In this document: piece after piece, positions 1 to 20,393 of the stretch
Layout of the letters: each line of letters opens with the position of its first letter
Numbering within the stretch: position 1 is the stretch's first letter
NCBI RefSeq assembly: GCF_009914755.1
Contig: NC_060926.1
Strand: one strand, 5' to 3'
Origin: the human T2T-CHM13v2.0 reference genome, Homo sapiens
Length of the DNA stretch: 64,000 nt
Position numbers and translations under genes: made by a program
The notes under the pieces: generated by a model
What the model was told of the DNA's origin: nothing
Seen by the model: only the letters and a program-made list of their open reading frames with translations
Database searches by the model: none

Positions 1-149
1 CCAAATAATAGAAACATTGTTTTATATACAGCTTACTGTAGTTTCTGGCTACTAACCTCTTCCTTTGTTACTTTATCCTCCCTCATTGTAGTCTCTTTAT
101 AATAATTTTTTTTTTAATCTCAAGAGTCATTTCTACTTGGCACCATTAT

Positions 150-450
150 GTTTTATTTATTTATGTATGAGTTGGAGTCTTGCTGTGTCACCTGGGCTGG
201 AGTTCAGTGGCACAATCTCGGCTCATTGCAACCTCCGCCTCCTGGGCTCAAGTGATTCTTGTGCTTCATCCTCTCAAGTAGCTGGGATTATAGGCACCCG
301 CCACCATGCCTGGCTAATTTTTGTATTTTTAGTAGACACAGGATTTCACCATGTTGGCCAAGCTGGTCATGAACTCCTAACCTCAGGTGATCCACCTGGC
401 TCGGCCTCCCAAAGTGCTAGGATTACATGCGTGAGCCACCGCGCCCGGCC
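150..450 (-). mobile_element. AluS, SLC20A1 last intron
   Basis: Full dimeric Alu, reverse orientation, ends gcgcccggcc. Confidence 0.95.
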
Positions 451-796
451 GACAGCATTATGTTCTTTGCCTTTGGGGAAGCCATTCAGAGCAGGGTAGG
501 TGTATGCTTAGAAACTGGCAGGTGCTTTAATTCTGGCCAGGTGGGTTTCTGCTGCCATTTGTGGTGGCTGAAGGCCTGGTTCTAACAAGTCTGTGAGGCT
601 TGCCAAAATGTTGGCAAAGCAGTTTATTTACAGAAGGCATATTTCAGGGCCTCTCAGGATTGAAATACTGAGAAACAAAACAAATCTTAAGGTTGTTTGA
701 TGACAATCTAATAATTATAGGAGAAGGAAGAAACTGGTTTCCTTAAGAGCATTTAAGCTGGTCCATCATGGATCCTGCTGAGTCATCTGTTTGCTA

Positions 797-1286
<490 letters not shown>

Positions 1287-1466
1287 TTATGATTGGATTT
1301 TCAAATTGCCTTCATTTTCCCAGCTTAACCTGTTGTAAACCAGCTTTCTTGGACTTTGTCTTGTCCAGGGGTCTGGGGCTCCTTGTCCAAACAGTCTCAG
1401 GTGTCTGTTTGCCAGAATACCACTGGCACTTCAATAACCTGTTTCCTTGGTCTGCTTCTCTTCTAG

Positions 1467-1628
1467 GTGGGCTCTGTTGTGTCTGTTGGCTGGCTCCGGT
1501 CCAAGAAGGCTGTTGACTGGCGTCTCTTTCGTAACATTTTTATGGCCTGGTTTGTCACAGTCCCCATTTCTGGAGTTATCAGTGCTGCCATCATGGCAAT
1601 CTTCAGATATGTCATCCTCAGAATGTGA
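1467..1628 (+). CDS. SLC20A1: Terminal coding exon of sodium-dependent phosphate transporter 1 (PiT-1)
   Basis: Acceptor ttctcttctag|GTG. Translates [53 protein letters not shown], the recognised PiT-1 C-terminus. TGA at 1626-1628. Confidence 0.97.
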   Translation: MGSVVSVGWLRSKKAVDWRLFRNIFMAWFVTVPISGVISAAIMAIFRYVILRM

Positions 1629-2425
1629 AGCTGTTTGAGATTAAAATTTGTGTCAATGTTTGGGACCATCTTAGGTATTCCTGCTCCCCTGAAGAATGAT
1701 TACAGTGTTAACAGAAGACTGACAAGAGTCTTTTTATTTGGGAGCCAGAGGAGGGAAGTGTTACTTGTGCTATAACTGCTTTTGTGCTAAATATGAATTG
1801 TCTCAAAATTAGCTGTGTAAAATAGCCCGGGTTCCACTGGCTCCTGCTGAGGTCCCCTTTCCTTCTGGGCTGTGAATTCCTGTACATATTTCTCTACTTT
1901 TTGTATCAGGCTTCAATTCCATTATGTTTTAATGTTGTCTCTGAAGATGACTTGTGATTTTTTTTTCTTTTTTTTAAACCATGAAGAGCCGTTTGACAGA
2001 GCATGCTCTGCGTTGTTGGTTTCACCAGCTTCTGCCCTCACATGCACAGGGATTTAACAACAAAAATATAACTACAACTTCCCTTGTAGTCTCTTATATA
2101 AGTAGAGTCCTTGGTACTCTGCCCTCCTGTCAGTAGTGGCAGGATCTATTGGCATATTCGGGAGCTTCTTAGAGGGATGAGGTTCTTTGAACACAGTGAA
2201 AATTTAAATTAGTAACTTTTTTGCAAGCAGTTTATTGACTGTTATTGCTAAGAAGAAGTAAGAAAGAAAAAGCCTGTTGGCAATCTTGGTTATTTCTTTA
2301 AGATTTCTGGCAGTGTGGGATGGATGAATGAAGTGGAATGTGAACTTTGGGCAAGTTAAATGGGACAGCCTTCCATGTTCATTTGTCTACCTCTTAACTG
2401 AATAAAAAAGCCTACAGTTTTTAGA
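1629..2425 (+). other. SLC20A1: SLC20A1 3'UTR (end approximate)
   Basis: Repeat-free AU-rich sequence between the stop codon and the AATAAA at 2401. Confidence 0.85.
2401..2406 (+). terminator. Polyadenylation signal of SLC20A1
   Basis: AATAAA followed ~25-45 nt later by a U/GU-rich element (tttgttctcatggttttcttt). Confidence 0.85.
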
Positions 2426-2670
2426 AAATTTGTTCTCATGGTTTTCTTTCATACTCGAATCACCTGGGCTCCTGATCAGTTAGCCTAATATCATTCTTAG
2501 GTGATGTGAATATCTTAACAAGTGAGAGCTACTGTCCAACTTAAAGCTCCCAACCCCTCCCTGTATGCTTCTTGTGTGCCCAGAATATGCAAGACATTAC
2601 TCCATAGGGACTGTGGTGGCAACTTGGCATTTTCCCTTTTAGTAGCACAGCCTGTACACTTTCATGTTAG

Positions 2671-3046
<376 letters not shown>

Positions 3047-3100
3047 TGAATGGACAGCTTTATTTTACTATTTTATGTAGATTGTTTTTAGCTTTGGTAT

Positions 3101-3509
3101 TACGGTAAACCCTTGAACAGTGTGGAGGTTGGACACCAACCCCCATGCAGTCAAAAAACCATGTATAACTTTTGACTCCAAAAACTTGACTACCAGTAGC
3201 CTACGGTTGACCAGAAGCTTTAGCAATAACATAAACAGTTGTGAACACATATTTTATGTGTTATATGTATGTATTATATACTGTACTACGATAATGTAAG
3301 CCAGAGAAAAGGAAATAAAACCATAAGGAAGATACATTTACTATTCATTAAGTGGAAATGGATCATAAAGGTTTTCATCCTTGTCATCTTGAGTTGACTG
3401 AGGAGGAAAGGAGGAGTTGGTCTTGCTGTCTCAGGGATGGCAGAGGTGAAAGTAAGTCTGTGTATAAGTGGATTCTGCAGTTCAGACTAGTGTTCAAAGG
3501 ACATCAGTA
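3101..3509. mobile_element. Tigger2a/MER28-like DNA transposon
   Basis: Inverted termini (ta)cggtaaacccttgaaca ... tgttcaaaggacatcag(ta). Internal sequence resembles Tigger2. Confidence 0.75.
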
Positions 3510-4473
3510 CAAGGAAAGCAAAAATGAGTGGGAGGCAATGTGTAGCTAAGTTTTGTTTAAAAGTTCTCAGTATGGGATTCTTCAGTTCTGACCCATTATA
3601 TTTTTGCCCCTGATCAGAAGTTAATGAAAAGTACATTTCTTGGCAAACTAGATTGATAGTTCCTGTCCTGAGGGTTTGGAACAATACTTTTGAATTTTGA
3701 GTTTATTTGGAGCGTTTCACTAGAAACCAACACTAAGAATCGAACAGGGTAAGGCAGTGCCTAGTCTAACCTGTGCCTGCAAGGTTAGGCCACTGGCTGG
3801 GTACATGCCGTTGCATCCTGCTGTCAGTTTAATGGTCTTGCAGAAGACTACATTTAATCCTCATGGCCTTTTGTGGTAGATCTTATCCTGATTTTGTACA
3901 TGATGAAACTGGCGTGGAGAACATCTGTATTTGCCCAGTATTGTCAGTTAGCAGAGGGTGCCCGTTACTTGTAGCCTTTGGGGCTGGGTGAAACTAGCTT
4001 TATGACTTGTTACTTGAGGGAAGGGAGGGTAGGGGGCTGTTGTAAAGGGCGACCGAGCATTAGGCCTTGAACTGAGGGTCTGGGAGGAGACCCTCAGAGT
4101 TCTGGCACTGCCTTCCCTTCGTGCTGAATGACCTCACAAAAGCCCAGATCCTTTCAGAGCCCAGTGATTACATGGAGAAGAGGACCCTCCCTGGCACTTT
4201 CACTTGGCTCAGGACAGAACAGCTGAGAAAATACTTAGACCAAGCTTGTCCAGCTACAGACAATTTTTCCAGTGTGGCCCAGGGAAGTGAAAAGATTGAA
4301 CACACCAAGGATGTGTTTCTGTAGGCAGAGCAGGTAGACCTGGGGAGAGGAGCCTCTAGAGCTAGGGAAGGGACCAGAGGAGCGGTTATATTTCTACTTT
4401 AGTTGTCTGCCATGGGGCAGGGACACATGGTGAGAACCCTGGCCCCCCCCTTTTTTTTCGGCATAGATATTGC

Positions 4474-4770
4474 CTTTTCTTTTTTTGAGACAGAGTTTCA
4501 CTCTTGTCACCCAGTTGGAGTGCAATGGCGCGATGTCGGCTCACTGCAATCTCTGCCTCCCAGGGTTCAAGCGATTTTCCTGCCTCAACCTCCTGAGTAG
4601 CTGGGATTACAGGCTTGCGCCACCACGCCCGACTAATTTTTGTATTTTTAGTAGAGACAGAGTTTCACCACGTTGGCCGGGCTGGTCTCAAACTCCTGAC
4701 CTTAGGTGATCCGCCCACCTCAGCCTCCCAAAGTGCTGGGATTACAGGCGTGAGCCACCACGGCTCAGCT
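4474..4770 (-). mobile_element. AluSp/Sq
   Basis: Alu reverse, flanked by attgccttttct direct repeats. Confidence 0.93.
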
Positions 4771-5024
4771 GACATTGCCTTTTCTTAACTAAAAGTTTTT
4801 TGAAAATCAAGGTTGGGCAAATTGAAGAGCCAGCTGGTCCAACAAGGCTTGTTAACAAAAACAGGTCTGCCAACATTTCCCTTTCCTGAGGCAACCACTT
4901 TCAATTCTTTTGGTATTTGTCTCTTTATATCTAAATAATATACTTGTGTTACTATTTCCCTCTCGCATTTTTTGGCTGAGTGCGGGTGACACTTCTGGGA
5001 CTACTGGGCCTTTGTCTTGGGTAG

Positions 5025-5247
5025 GAGTTCTCCACCAGGGGTGACTTTTGCTGTCCCCAGTCCCCATTTGTGACTCTCCCTTGTCCCATTTATGGTAGTA
5101 ATATTTGGAGACATTTTTGGTTGTCACAATTGGGGGATGGTACTGACCAGAGATGCTGCTGTAAGCGTCCTACAGTACACAGGGCAACTCCACAACAGAA
5201 AATACCTGGGCTGAAATGTCAGTAGTGCTGAGGTTGCAGAACCCTGA
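5025..5247. mobile_element. MER20 (hAT-Charlie)
   Basis: tggagacatttttggttgtcacaa and agtgctgaggttg..aaccctg hallmarks. Confidence 0.8.
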
Positions 5248-5849
5248 CATAGGGTGATCTGGTTGGGCTCTTTCCTTGGAGGAACCCCAGAAAAGAGCTT
5301 CAGAAGGCTAAAAGCCTAACTAATGAACGTTCTAGGACTCAGAGGGGGAAGTGGTCACCACATATTTTAACCTCACTGTTTTCAGCCTAGACAGCCCATC
5401 CTTAGGGTGGCTTCAATAGGCACCGGTTTAGTTACCGCAGTTTAGGTAAATACCAGTCCCCTGACAGCACAGCTCATATTTCAGTTACCGTGGTCTACTA
5501 ACTGAGTAACTATAAAGCAAAGCCTTCACTGTTAGCTCTTCAGTCCACAGATCACCTTTAGAAAAGAATGGGCACATCATGATGGGTGATCTGTCATGTC
5601 ACTTCCTTCAAAGTCTGTTGGTGATTGGCTACTGTACATCTGTTACTCAGTTCACTCCAGATGAGAAAGCTTTTGGTTGTGTTGCCTTCTTATCTTCCAG
5701 TGGGAGAGATACTACTATAGACTTTCAGTGCTACTGTGGGATTATGCTCCAGTTCTTTTGGGGGCTTGAATGAAAATGAAAATTTGCTTTTTACCATCAA
5801 ACACTACTTTCATTAATCCAGCCAATGCACAAACAGATAATTTTGATAT

Positions 5850-6523
<674 letters not shown>

Positions 6524-6570
6524 ATTATTTTGATTTTTAAAGCTCATTATCTTCTATGGAGTTTTGATAG

Positions 6571-7174
<604 letters not shown>

Positions 7175-7189
7175 AGATCTTGCAATTCC

Positions 7190-7944
<755 letters not shown>

Positions 7945-8269
7945 TAATTCTTTAATATCATCTGATACTCCATCTGGCCAAACTGCTTCTTAGACTTTCA
8001 GTCTTACTGGTTCTAGCCCATCCTTTGTTTCTCTTCCAAGTTACTTGAGACTCCAACTTCCGAGCCTTTTAGTGGCCAGCTTAGCTTCAGCCTTCTGGGG
8101 TCAGCCGAGTCTTTCCATCTGCTATCTAAGCTTCCACAATTTTGAGGTTTTGTTTCCTCGCCTGTTCACTATGCCTCTACAATATTCCTCCACTGCCCTA
8201 AGGGAGTGAAGGTAAATGTTTCAGTGTGTCTTCCCCTGGAAATTCTTGACTAGTTGGTATTTTAGTAGT

Positions 8270-8566
8270 ATTTATTTATTTATTTATTGAGTTGGAATCC
8301 TGCTCTGTTGCCCAGGCTGGAGTGCAGAGGTGGAATCTCGGCTCATTGCAGCCTCTGACTCACAGGTTCAAGTGATTCTGCCTCAGCCTCCTGAGTAGCT
8401 GGGATTACAGGAGTCCACCACCACACCTGGCTTTTTTTTATATTTTTAGTAGAGACAGGGTTTCACCATGTTGGCCAAGCTGGACCTGGACTCTTGACCT
8501 CAGGTGATCCACCTGACTCAGCCCCACAAAGTGCTGGGATTACAGGTGTGAGCCACTGTGCCCGGC
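8270..8566 (-). mobile_element. AluS
   Basis: Flanked by tttagtagtattt TSD. Confidence 0.92.
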
Positions 8567-8585
8567 TTTAGTAGTATTTTTTTTA

Positions 8586-8970
<385 letters not shown>

Positions 8971-9247
8971 GAAAGTAAAGAATGAATGAGTCTTGCTTGC
9001 TTTCCTGTTTCCTAGTCTCATTATCCAAAGGAAACCACTGTCAATAGTTGGCAAACCTTCATAGGCATTTTGTCTATGCATATGTGTACATATGCACACA
9101 TACATACTTGCATGATCTTTCTGAGAGATGAAGCTGTTTATTAGTAAAGCCCCTGTGTTGTCTAGAAATTAAATAGTTTATTTCACAGAATAAATATCAG
9201 TGTTGAATCATCTGGTTAACCTCCTGTAGTCACTGAGAACTAGATAG

Positions 9248-9327
9248 TCAAGTTGGTGCAATAGTAATTGCGGTTCTTGCCATTGAAGGTAATGGCAAAA
9301 ACCGCAATTACTTTTGCACCAATCTAA
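9248..9327. mobile_element. MADE1 (Hsmar1-derived MITE), 80-bp palindrome
   Basis: agttggtgcaatagtaattgcggttcttgccatt-gaaggt-aatggcaaaaaccgcaattacttttgcaccaatct: two TIRs around a 6-nt spacer. Confidence 0.95.
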
Positions 9328-9940
9328 ATAGATGTTACACAATCATGCACGTGTTTACCTGCAAGTTACCATAAGTGTTACAAGCTGGAGGTAAACTTTG
9401 GGCCAAGCTAGGGCTTTCAACAAATCATTTCCTGATTGGGGGAAATAAAAGGATTTGTTCTCACTGTATACCTCTTTCACCTTCATGTAATATAAAGCTG
9501 CTTAAAGACCAAAGGTACAAAGTTAGACTTATTCATTAAAGCTGAGTTGTAGTGTCCTCTGTAAAATCTAATGGTATGGGGATGCCTAGTCTATGAAAAC
9601 CCTTTCTCCATTGTAATGTTTGTGCGGGGTATATAGAGCAAATATCTTAGTAACCAATGGGTTTTCTCTTGGCTCACACCAAAATCTTAATTTAGTGCTC
9701 CAAATTTTGATGAGGTTACTGAACTGATACCCCATGGTGTGAAAGTTGTTTCTCTTTTTAACACTGTTCTCTGCCTTATCTTTACCTCTGCTTGAGAGAG
9801 ATCTAAATTCTTCAAGCTTCCATTGTTTTGCCTCACATACAATGAAGTACTGTATTTGAAGAGCCAGGGAAGGCCAGCTAGCTGGAGATTGTGGAGGTGC
9901 TCAGCCCAAACTTCCTTTTGTGACAGGTGGAGACTTTTGA

Positions 9941-10285
<345 letters not shown>

Positions 10286-11176
10286 TAAAATAAAACATTA
10301 GAGCTGCTCATCGGCAGTTGTACTTACCTTTCTAATGATAAGGGTTTTGTGTAAACCCCTTTTGTTGCTGGATTTCTTAGTTTCTTCCTAACACACTGTG
10401 GTGCACTGGAGAATGATACTGCATTTATTAAAAGGAGCAAGATGCTTATTTTCTGGGAACTGCTGAAATGGTAGCAAGATCTCCCCTCCCAGGATATTAT
10501 TGCCGAAGACCTAGATAGCAGGTCTCTACTTCCCATTCATTCTATTTCTAGAAGCAAGCAAATGTTCTCTAATTGCAGGCTTGGGATGAATGTCTCAGCA
10601 GTGTTTCCTGCTGTGCTAATTGGAAAAATACAATTTTCAACTAACTGTGTCCTGCTTTGCAAAATAATAGTTGGCATCCCAGTTGCCAGTTTGGTTCCTA
10701 ATGTGAACTAGTACTTTTTAGTTTAGCACTGAAGATAATAGAACTTTGGAAATCCCGGGGAGAGCTGTGCTGTATACAAGGCTCATTGGAGATCTCATGT
10801 CAGCCCATAAGAATAAGTGCCTATTGATCTCTTTTTCTAGAAGCCTTTATTGAATTAAATTTTAATTTGAAAATTTTGGGGGGCCGTGTTCTGGGAATAA
10901 TAATCGATATTGTCCATTAGTTGAACAGTCCTGTGATGGACCTTATGTGTACCTTATTGATTTGGAACGGAGGTTAATTTTCTTTTAGCTAAGATCTTGG
11001 CTTCTGGCAAGCTCTTCATCAGCCTAAATGTGGTTGGCCTTGCCAGCTTTTTGGAAAAACTGTCAGCTTGGGAATAGAGATTTGGTCAGAGTAACTTCTG
11101 TTTAGAATCTTTTTTTTTATACTGGTTGTCTTGTTTCATGTAGAATTACTTTCTCACATAGAGAAAGGGTTTAAAT

Positions 11177-11488
<312 letters not shown>

Positions 11489-11554
11489 TAAGTTTCCACT
11501 GGTGGCAGAGATCTTAATGTCAGTTGATTAAGTTGAGTTGATTAACTCAGCCTA

Positions 11555-11755
11555 CCTGAGTTCTGATTCCATCTCTACTACTTACAAGTTGCATGGCATG
11601 GGATGTTGTTTAATCTTTCCAACCTTCAGTCCTCTTGTCTAAGGACTGGTGATGATAACAGTGCCTTATGTCAGAGGATTTTCATGAGGATTAAATAAAA
11701 TAATGCATGTAATGTGTGTAGTGCCTGACTTCATAAGCACTTCATAGTGTTTATT
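11555..11755 (+). mobile_element. MIR
   Basis: Core tcatgaggattaaataaaataatgcatgtaa...agtgcctga. Confidence 0.7.
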
Positions 11756-11939
11756 AACTGACCTCATTCTCCATATAAATATATGTAATTTTTCTTGACA
11801 TGGTAATATTCCACTTGACATTGATTCTCTAAGGTACCTTTTCCTGCCTGTGGTGTGACAAGTAATTTTCCTTCACTGTAACTTCATTTCTTAAGTCTAA
11901 AATGAATTTAATTTTGGTGAATTTGCCTTTAAATGCCCT

Positions 11940-12125
11940 ATATTAATTAGGATTAGATTGAGCTGCGAGTGACAGAAAACTGCAATAACAAAGAACAGAA
12001 AGTTTATTTCTCTCCTACATAAATAAAAGAAGCCCAGGCCTATTATGGTGGCTCCATGGTCATCAGGATGGAAACACAGACTCTTTCTATCTTGTTCCAT
12101 CCTCAACATGTGGTTGCGACTTTGA
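11940..12125 (-). mobile_element. MLT1 (ERVL-MaLR) LTR fragment
   Basis: gtgacagaaaac...agaaagtttatttctctc is typical of MLT1I/J reverse. Confidence 0.55.
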
Positions 12126-12271
12126 GACCCAAGGACCCAGAGATATCAGTTGTCTCATTGTTGGTGATATTAAGGTGTTCACATCACTAATAGCAAGGAA
12201 TTTGGATGCCTTAGTAAGATATATTTCCATGCCAGAGGGTGGCATATAAATCCCACTCCTGATTCCAATTT

Positions 12272-13125
<854 letters not shown>

Positions 13126-13719
13126 GCTTCACAGCCCACAAAGGCGGTGTCTGCCAGGTTTCTCCATTGTGGAAGTGTCTTTTCCCCTTGGAATGAATGC
13201 ATTCTCTGGGGGTCGGGGGTGGCGATGCTTTGAGATTGTGTGAATGTCACATGCTGCCACAGTCTTTCTGCCAATGGCCTTAGTATCTACTAATGAATCT
13301 CACCTGAATCAGTTATTATGAAGGTGGTTGTAAAATTATTTTCTATTTCTCTCATTCCTTGTACATCCGTTAGTTGGCATTCTTTGGTAAAGAAGAGCTT
13401 TCCCTTCTCCCTGGCCCCCATCCCTGGGAAATGTGGTTTTTAAGTGGATGGGCCACATACCCAGCCAAAGTTGGAGTTCTATCTATAAGGACTTGGGGGA
13501 GAGCAAGTACTGGTGTCCATGGCTAGCACTCTGTCACAGGGCTAAGCCCAGAGAGTCTTACTACTGCAGTTGAATCCACGATTGACTTGAATTGTAAAAA
13601 CTTAAAGTAAAAAGAAGGAATTAGTGCTTCACACATGGAAGGATGGGAAAAGATAACCTGAATTCACAGGTGGTGTCTGGTGTTTCAGGACTGTCATTGT
13701 CCTGGGGGATTAACTGGGC

Positions 13720-15065
<1,346 letters not shown>

Positions 15066-15594
15066 CTTGAAACAGGCAGCCTAAATTGGCCACACAGGGT
15101 AAATTAGTGCTCCTTGTTTCAATCCGTTGGATAGAAATGAAAGGACTGAACCAGGAAGATTGGCATGTCTTGCTTTCAAATCAGCACTTTCAAAAATCTG
15201 TCCATCGTTAGTGTTTGACCACATGGCATATTTATACATTAGATTGCTCACCTTCAAAAAAAAAAGTGACTGTTCTCAAAATCCAATTTAACTCAGCTGG
15301 TCCGATCCAGGTAACCAGATTTAGAGTGCTTTTCATGACTTCAGTCACAAGCTCATTTGAGCTGTTGTAAAAATGGAAACGACTTTTTCTATCTTAAGGA
15401 TGGAGTGAAGGAGAGGATTCTGAAGCTGCAGAAGTGACAAGGGGTGGTCTCAGTAGAAATGACAGCAGTTGCTACTGTGCCTTGAACCTTGGCCACAGTC
15501 CCAGCATTGTGCCACATGCTTAATATAAAGTAGGTCCTTAAAACTTTTAAAAGTTGTGAAATATTCCAGACATAGAAAAGGCATAAAGAATAAT

Positions 15595-16258
<664 letters not shown>

Positions 16259-16653
16259 TTCCAGGGCTTAGATTGGTTTTGACTGAATCTGGTGTTTATT
16301 ATTTCTTTTTACTTTTATCACACACATATATATATAGCTAAATATATAAGATAAATATGTATATTATGTATAGTTATATATAAAATATATATTGGTTATA
16401 TCCATATAACTAAATAAAATATCACACTCTTTTGCATGTTTTAAGCCACGTGTAAATGATCTCACACTATATGTATTGTTGTACAATTTACTTGTTTTTG
16501 CTTAGCATTGTAGTGAGATTCTTTTAATTTCAATTAAAGAGTACTTTCCTTACCATTCTTATATGGGGTTCCTTGGACACCTGTTTCAGAGTTTCTCTAA
16601 AATCTAAATCTAGGAGTAGAATTGTTGTATTATATTGTAATATAATACAGTAA

Positions 16654-16958
16654 GGCTGGGCACGGTGGCTCATGCCTGTAATCCCAGCACTTTGGGAGGC
16701 CGAGGCAGGCGGATCACTTCAGCTCACAAGTTCAAGACCAGTCTGAGCAACATGGCAAAACCCTATCTCTACAAAAAATGCATAAAATTAGCCAGGTGTG
16801 GTGGTGCATGCCTGTAGTCCCAGCTATTTGGGAGGCTGAGGTGGGAGGATGGCTTCAGCCTGGGTGGCAGAGGTTGCAGTGAGCCGAGACGGCACCACTG
16901 CACTCCAGCTTGGATGATAGAGCCAGACCCTGTTTCAAAAAACAAACAAACAAAAAAA
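16654..16958 (+). mobile_element. AluJ within old L1M sequence
   Basis: Diverged Alu in AT-rich L1-like flanks. Confidence 0.88.
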
Positions 16959-17421
16959 CCATCAAAACCTAGTATATATTATATGCGTATATAGTATATA
17001 CTGTACTATAGTATATGTTCATTTATAATCTTATCAGATATTGCCAAATAGGTCAGAAAATTGAACCAGTTTAAACTCTCATTAGCAGTGTGTAAGAGTT
17101 TCAGTTCTATGCCTTTACCAACACTTGGTATTGTCAGACTTAAACATTTTTGCCAAATACATTATTTCTAAATTCTCCCAACAATCCTATGATACCTCAT
17201 AGGATTTAAGTCTTATTTCAGGCAAAGAAACTATGTGTCAGATATTAAGCAACTTTTCCAGGGACACAGCAAATAATTAAAAGAGTTGGTTCTAACCCAT
17301 GTCTGCCAGATTCCAAAGCTCTTGAGCTGCATGAAGTCACTGGAACACAGTAGAGCTTCTGAACCTGTAGCTGGAGATGAGTATCACCAGGTATGAGAGA
17401 AGGGTCAAGGACCAGGAGTTA

Positions 17422-18020
<599 letters not shown>

Positions 18021-18575
18021 TGTGACAATTTAAGAATGGCCAGTTTCTTTGACACTCTTCCCATAGAGGTGGGATCTATGTCCCCGCTCCTTAAAACTGG
18101 ATGGGCTCTAACTGCTGTGAGTCATAGAATTTGGTAGAAGCGACTGCCAGTTTCCAGGTTCAGGTCTTAGGAGTCTGGCAGCTTCCACTTCCTGTGTCTT
18201 GGAACACTTGCCCTGGGGAAAAGTAGCTTCCATAAAAGAAGCCTGACTACCCTGAGACTGCTGTGTTGTGAGGTAGTCCAAGCAGATTCATGGAGAGGAA
18301 TCAAGATCTCTTTCCCCTTCTCTCTCCAGCCAACATCCTTGGCAGAGCTGTGAGCCAACAGCCAGCCCCAGCCTGCCAGCCGTGTGAGCAAGCAGTCTTG
18401 GAAGGTGATTCTACAGCCCCAGCTGAAACACTCCAACTGATGCCATGTGAGCCGAGAAGAGCAGCCAAACTGAGCCCTTCTCAAATCCCTGATCCTCCAA
18501 ATGTAGGCAAAATAAATTGCTGGTTTTAAGCCACTAAGTTTTGATATAGATTGTTATGTAATAATAGATATCAGA
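18021..18575 (+). mobile_element. MLT1 (G/H-like) MaLR LTR
   Basis: aatggccagtttctttgacactcttcccatagaggtgg start, ttttaagccactaagttttg...gttatgtaataataga end. Confidence 0.75.
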
Positions 18576-18939
18576 GCTCTAGCTAAGGCAGGTGCTGAAG
18601 GGAAGATGTTTTTATCATTCATAGATATCACAAAATATGTATATTTAATGCATTTCAAAATTTTAGTTCTAACCAATACAATTCTTTGGAGTTTACTTTT
18701 CCCGTTATAGAAATGGTACATTATAAATCACCTACCTGCGAGTCTCAATCTACTCTTGTTATTTTTCTATGTTCCGTTCTAGTATTTGCTTTAAGTGCAT
18801 ATTTAATTTGTAATTAAATATGTAATTATGAAATAGATATAATTTAGATTTCTCGTGTCATGTCATTTTTAGATGGGATTGGCCAATGGAAATCAGACAG
18901 TAATTACAGTGGTATGAAATTAGTCATAGCTTGCCTTAA

Positions 18940-19247
<308 letters not shown>

Positions 19248-19911
19248 TGCTTTAATTTAACACTCATTTGCTTTCACTTATTTACTCTTTGCAATAACTC
19301 AATCTGGAAGTTTGATCTTACAGATGAGAGGACTAAGGCATTGTAGAGGTAAAGAAGGCAATCCAAGGTCACACGGCCAGAACATTAGGGAATGTACCAG
19401 TGCAGTGGTGGGGAAAGTGAAAGCAAAGCGGAGACAGTTTACCAGGTGCCCACACACAGAGAAAACTTCCAACCAGTAAGGTGGGAGCATTTCCAAATCT
19501 AAGACAAATGAGACTACTAGATGCCAATTGGATTGCTCCTCCTAAGGAGAATCTGAGTGCATGGAAAATTATTTACGGACCATTGAAACCATTTTGGTGT
19601 GTGCTTTGGCAATAGCTCCTCCTGAAAAGCATGCAGCCGGCAGAAGATCTGGATACCACAGAGACTGAGATTCTACATGTGTTCAGAGACCGGAGTCCCT
19701 ACCACAGAACCTGTGACCTGTGCTTCTAGGGTCTTCAAAGTCAATAAAAATCAGCAGGTGATTGAAGGAGAAGGAAAATAAAGCACAAGGGAGGTGATTT
19801 GGGGCTTTGTAGAAATGCCTCTGTTACCCATTTCTGGGGTTTTATTGCTGGAGCCTTGTACTCTTGGTGAGATCTCCTAAGGTGAAGTGTTGGATTTAAA
19901 ACAGTCTGATA

Positions 19912-20393
19912 GGCCAGGCGCGGCGGCTCACACCTGTAATCCCAGCACTTTGGGAGGCCAAGGTGGGCGGCTCACTTGAAGTCAGAAGTTTGAGACCAGG
20001 CCAACATGGTAAAACCCCGTCTCCACTGAAAATAGAACAATTAGCTGGGCATGGTGGTGGGAGCTTGTAATCCCAGCTACTCGGGAGGCTAGGCAGGAGA
20101 ATTGCTTGAACCCGGGAGGCAGAGGTTGCAGTGAGCCGAGACTGCACCACTGCACTCCAGCCTGAGCAAAACTCTGTCTCAAAAAATAAAATAAAATAAA
20201 TAAACAAATAAATAAAACAGTCTGATAGGCCAGCCTGGTGGCACAGGCCTATAGTCCCAGTTACTTGGGAAGTGAGGAGGGAGGACTACTTGAGCCCAGG
20301 AGTTTGAGGCCGCAGTGAGCCGAGATCACACCACTGCACTCCAGCCTGGGTGACAGAGTGGAACCCTGTCTCAAAAAAACGAACAAAACAAAA
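19912..20393 (+). mobile_element. AluS (~19912-20216) followed by a right-monomer Alu (~20228-20393)
   Basis: aaaacagtct target sequence occurs three times around the two elements. Confidence 0.9.

Noticed and set aside
1289-1669. ORFs 1289-1516, 1447-1638 and 1463-1669 overlapping the SLC20A1 exon
   Set aside because: Off-frame or antisense shadows; the real frame starts at the 1467 acceptor
11495-11508. CTCF-like ccactggtggcag
   Set aside because: One base short of the core spacing (CCACTAGRKGGCAG); not supportable without ChIP data
19540-19750. Unique-looking stretch ending in AATAAA (~19743), a possible lncRNA terminal exon
   Set aside because: No convincing acceptor or ORF; a lone hexamer is expected by chance
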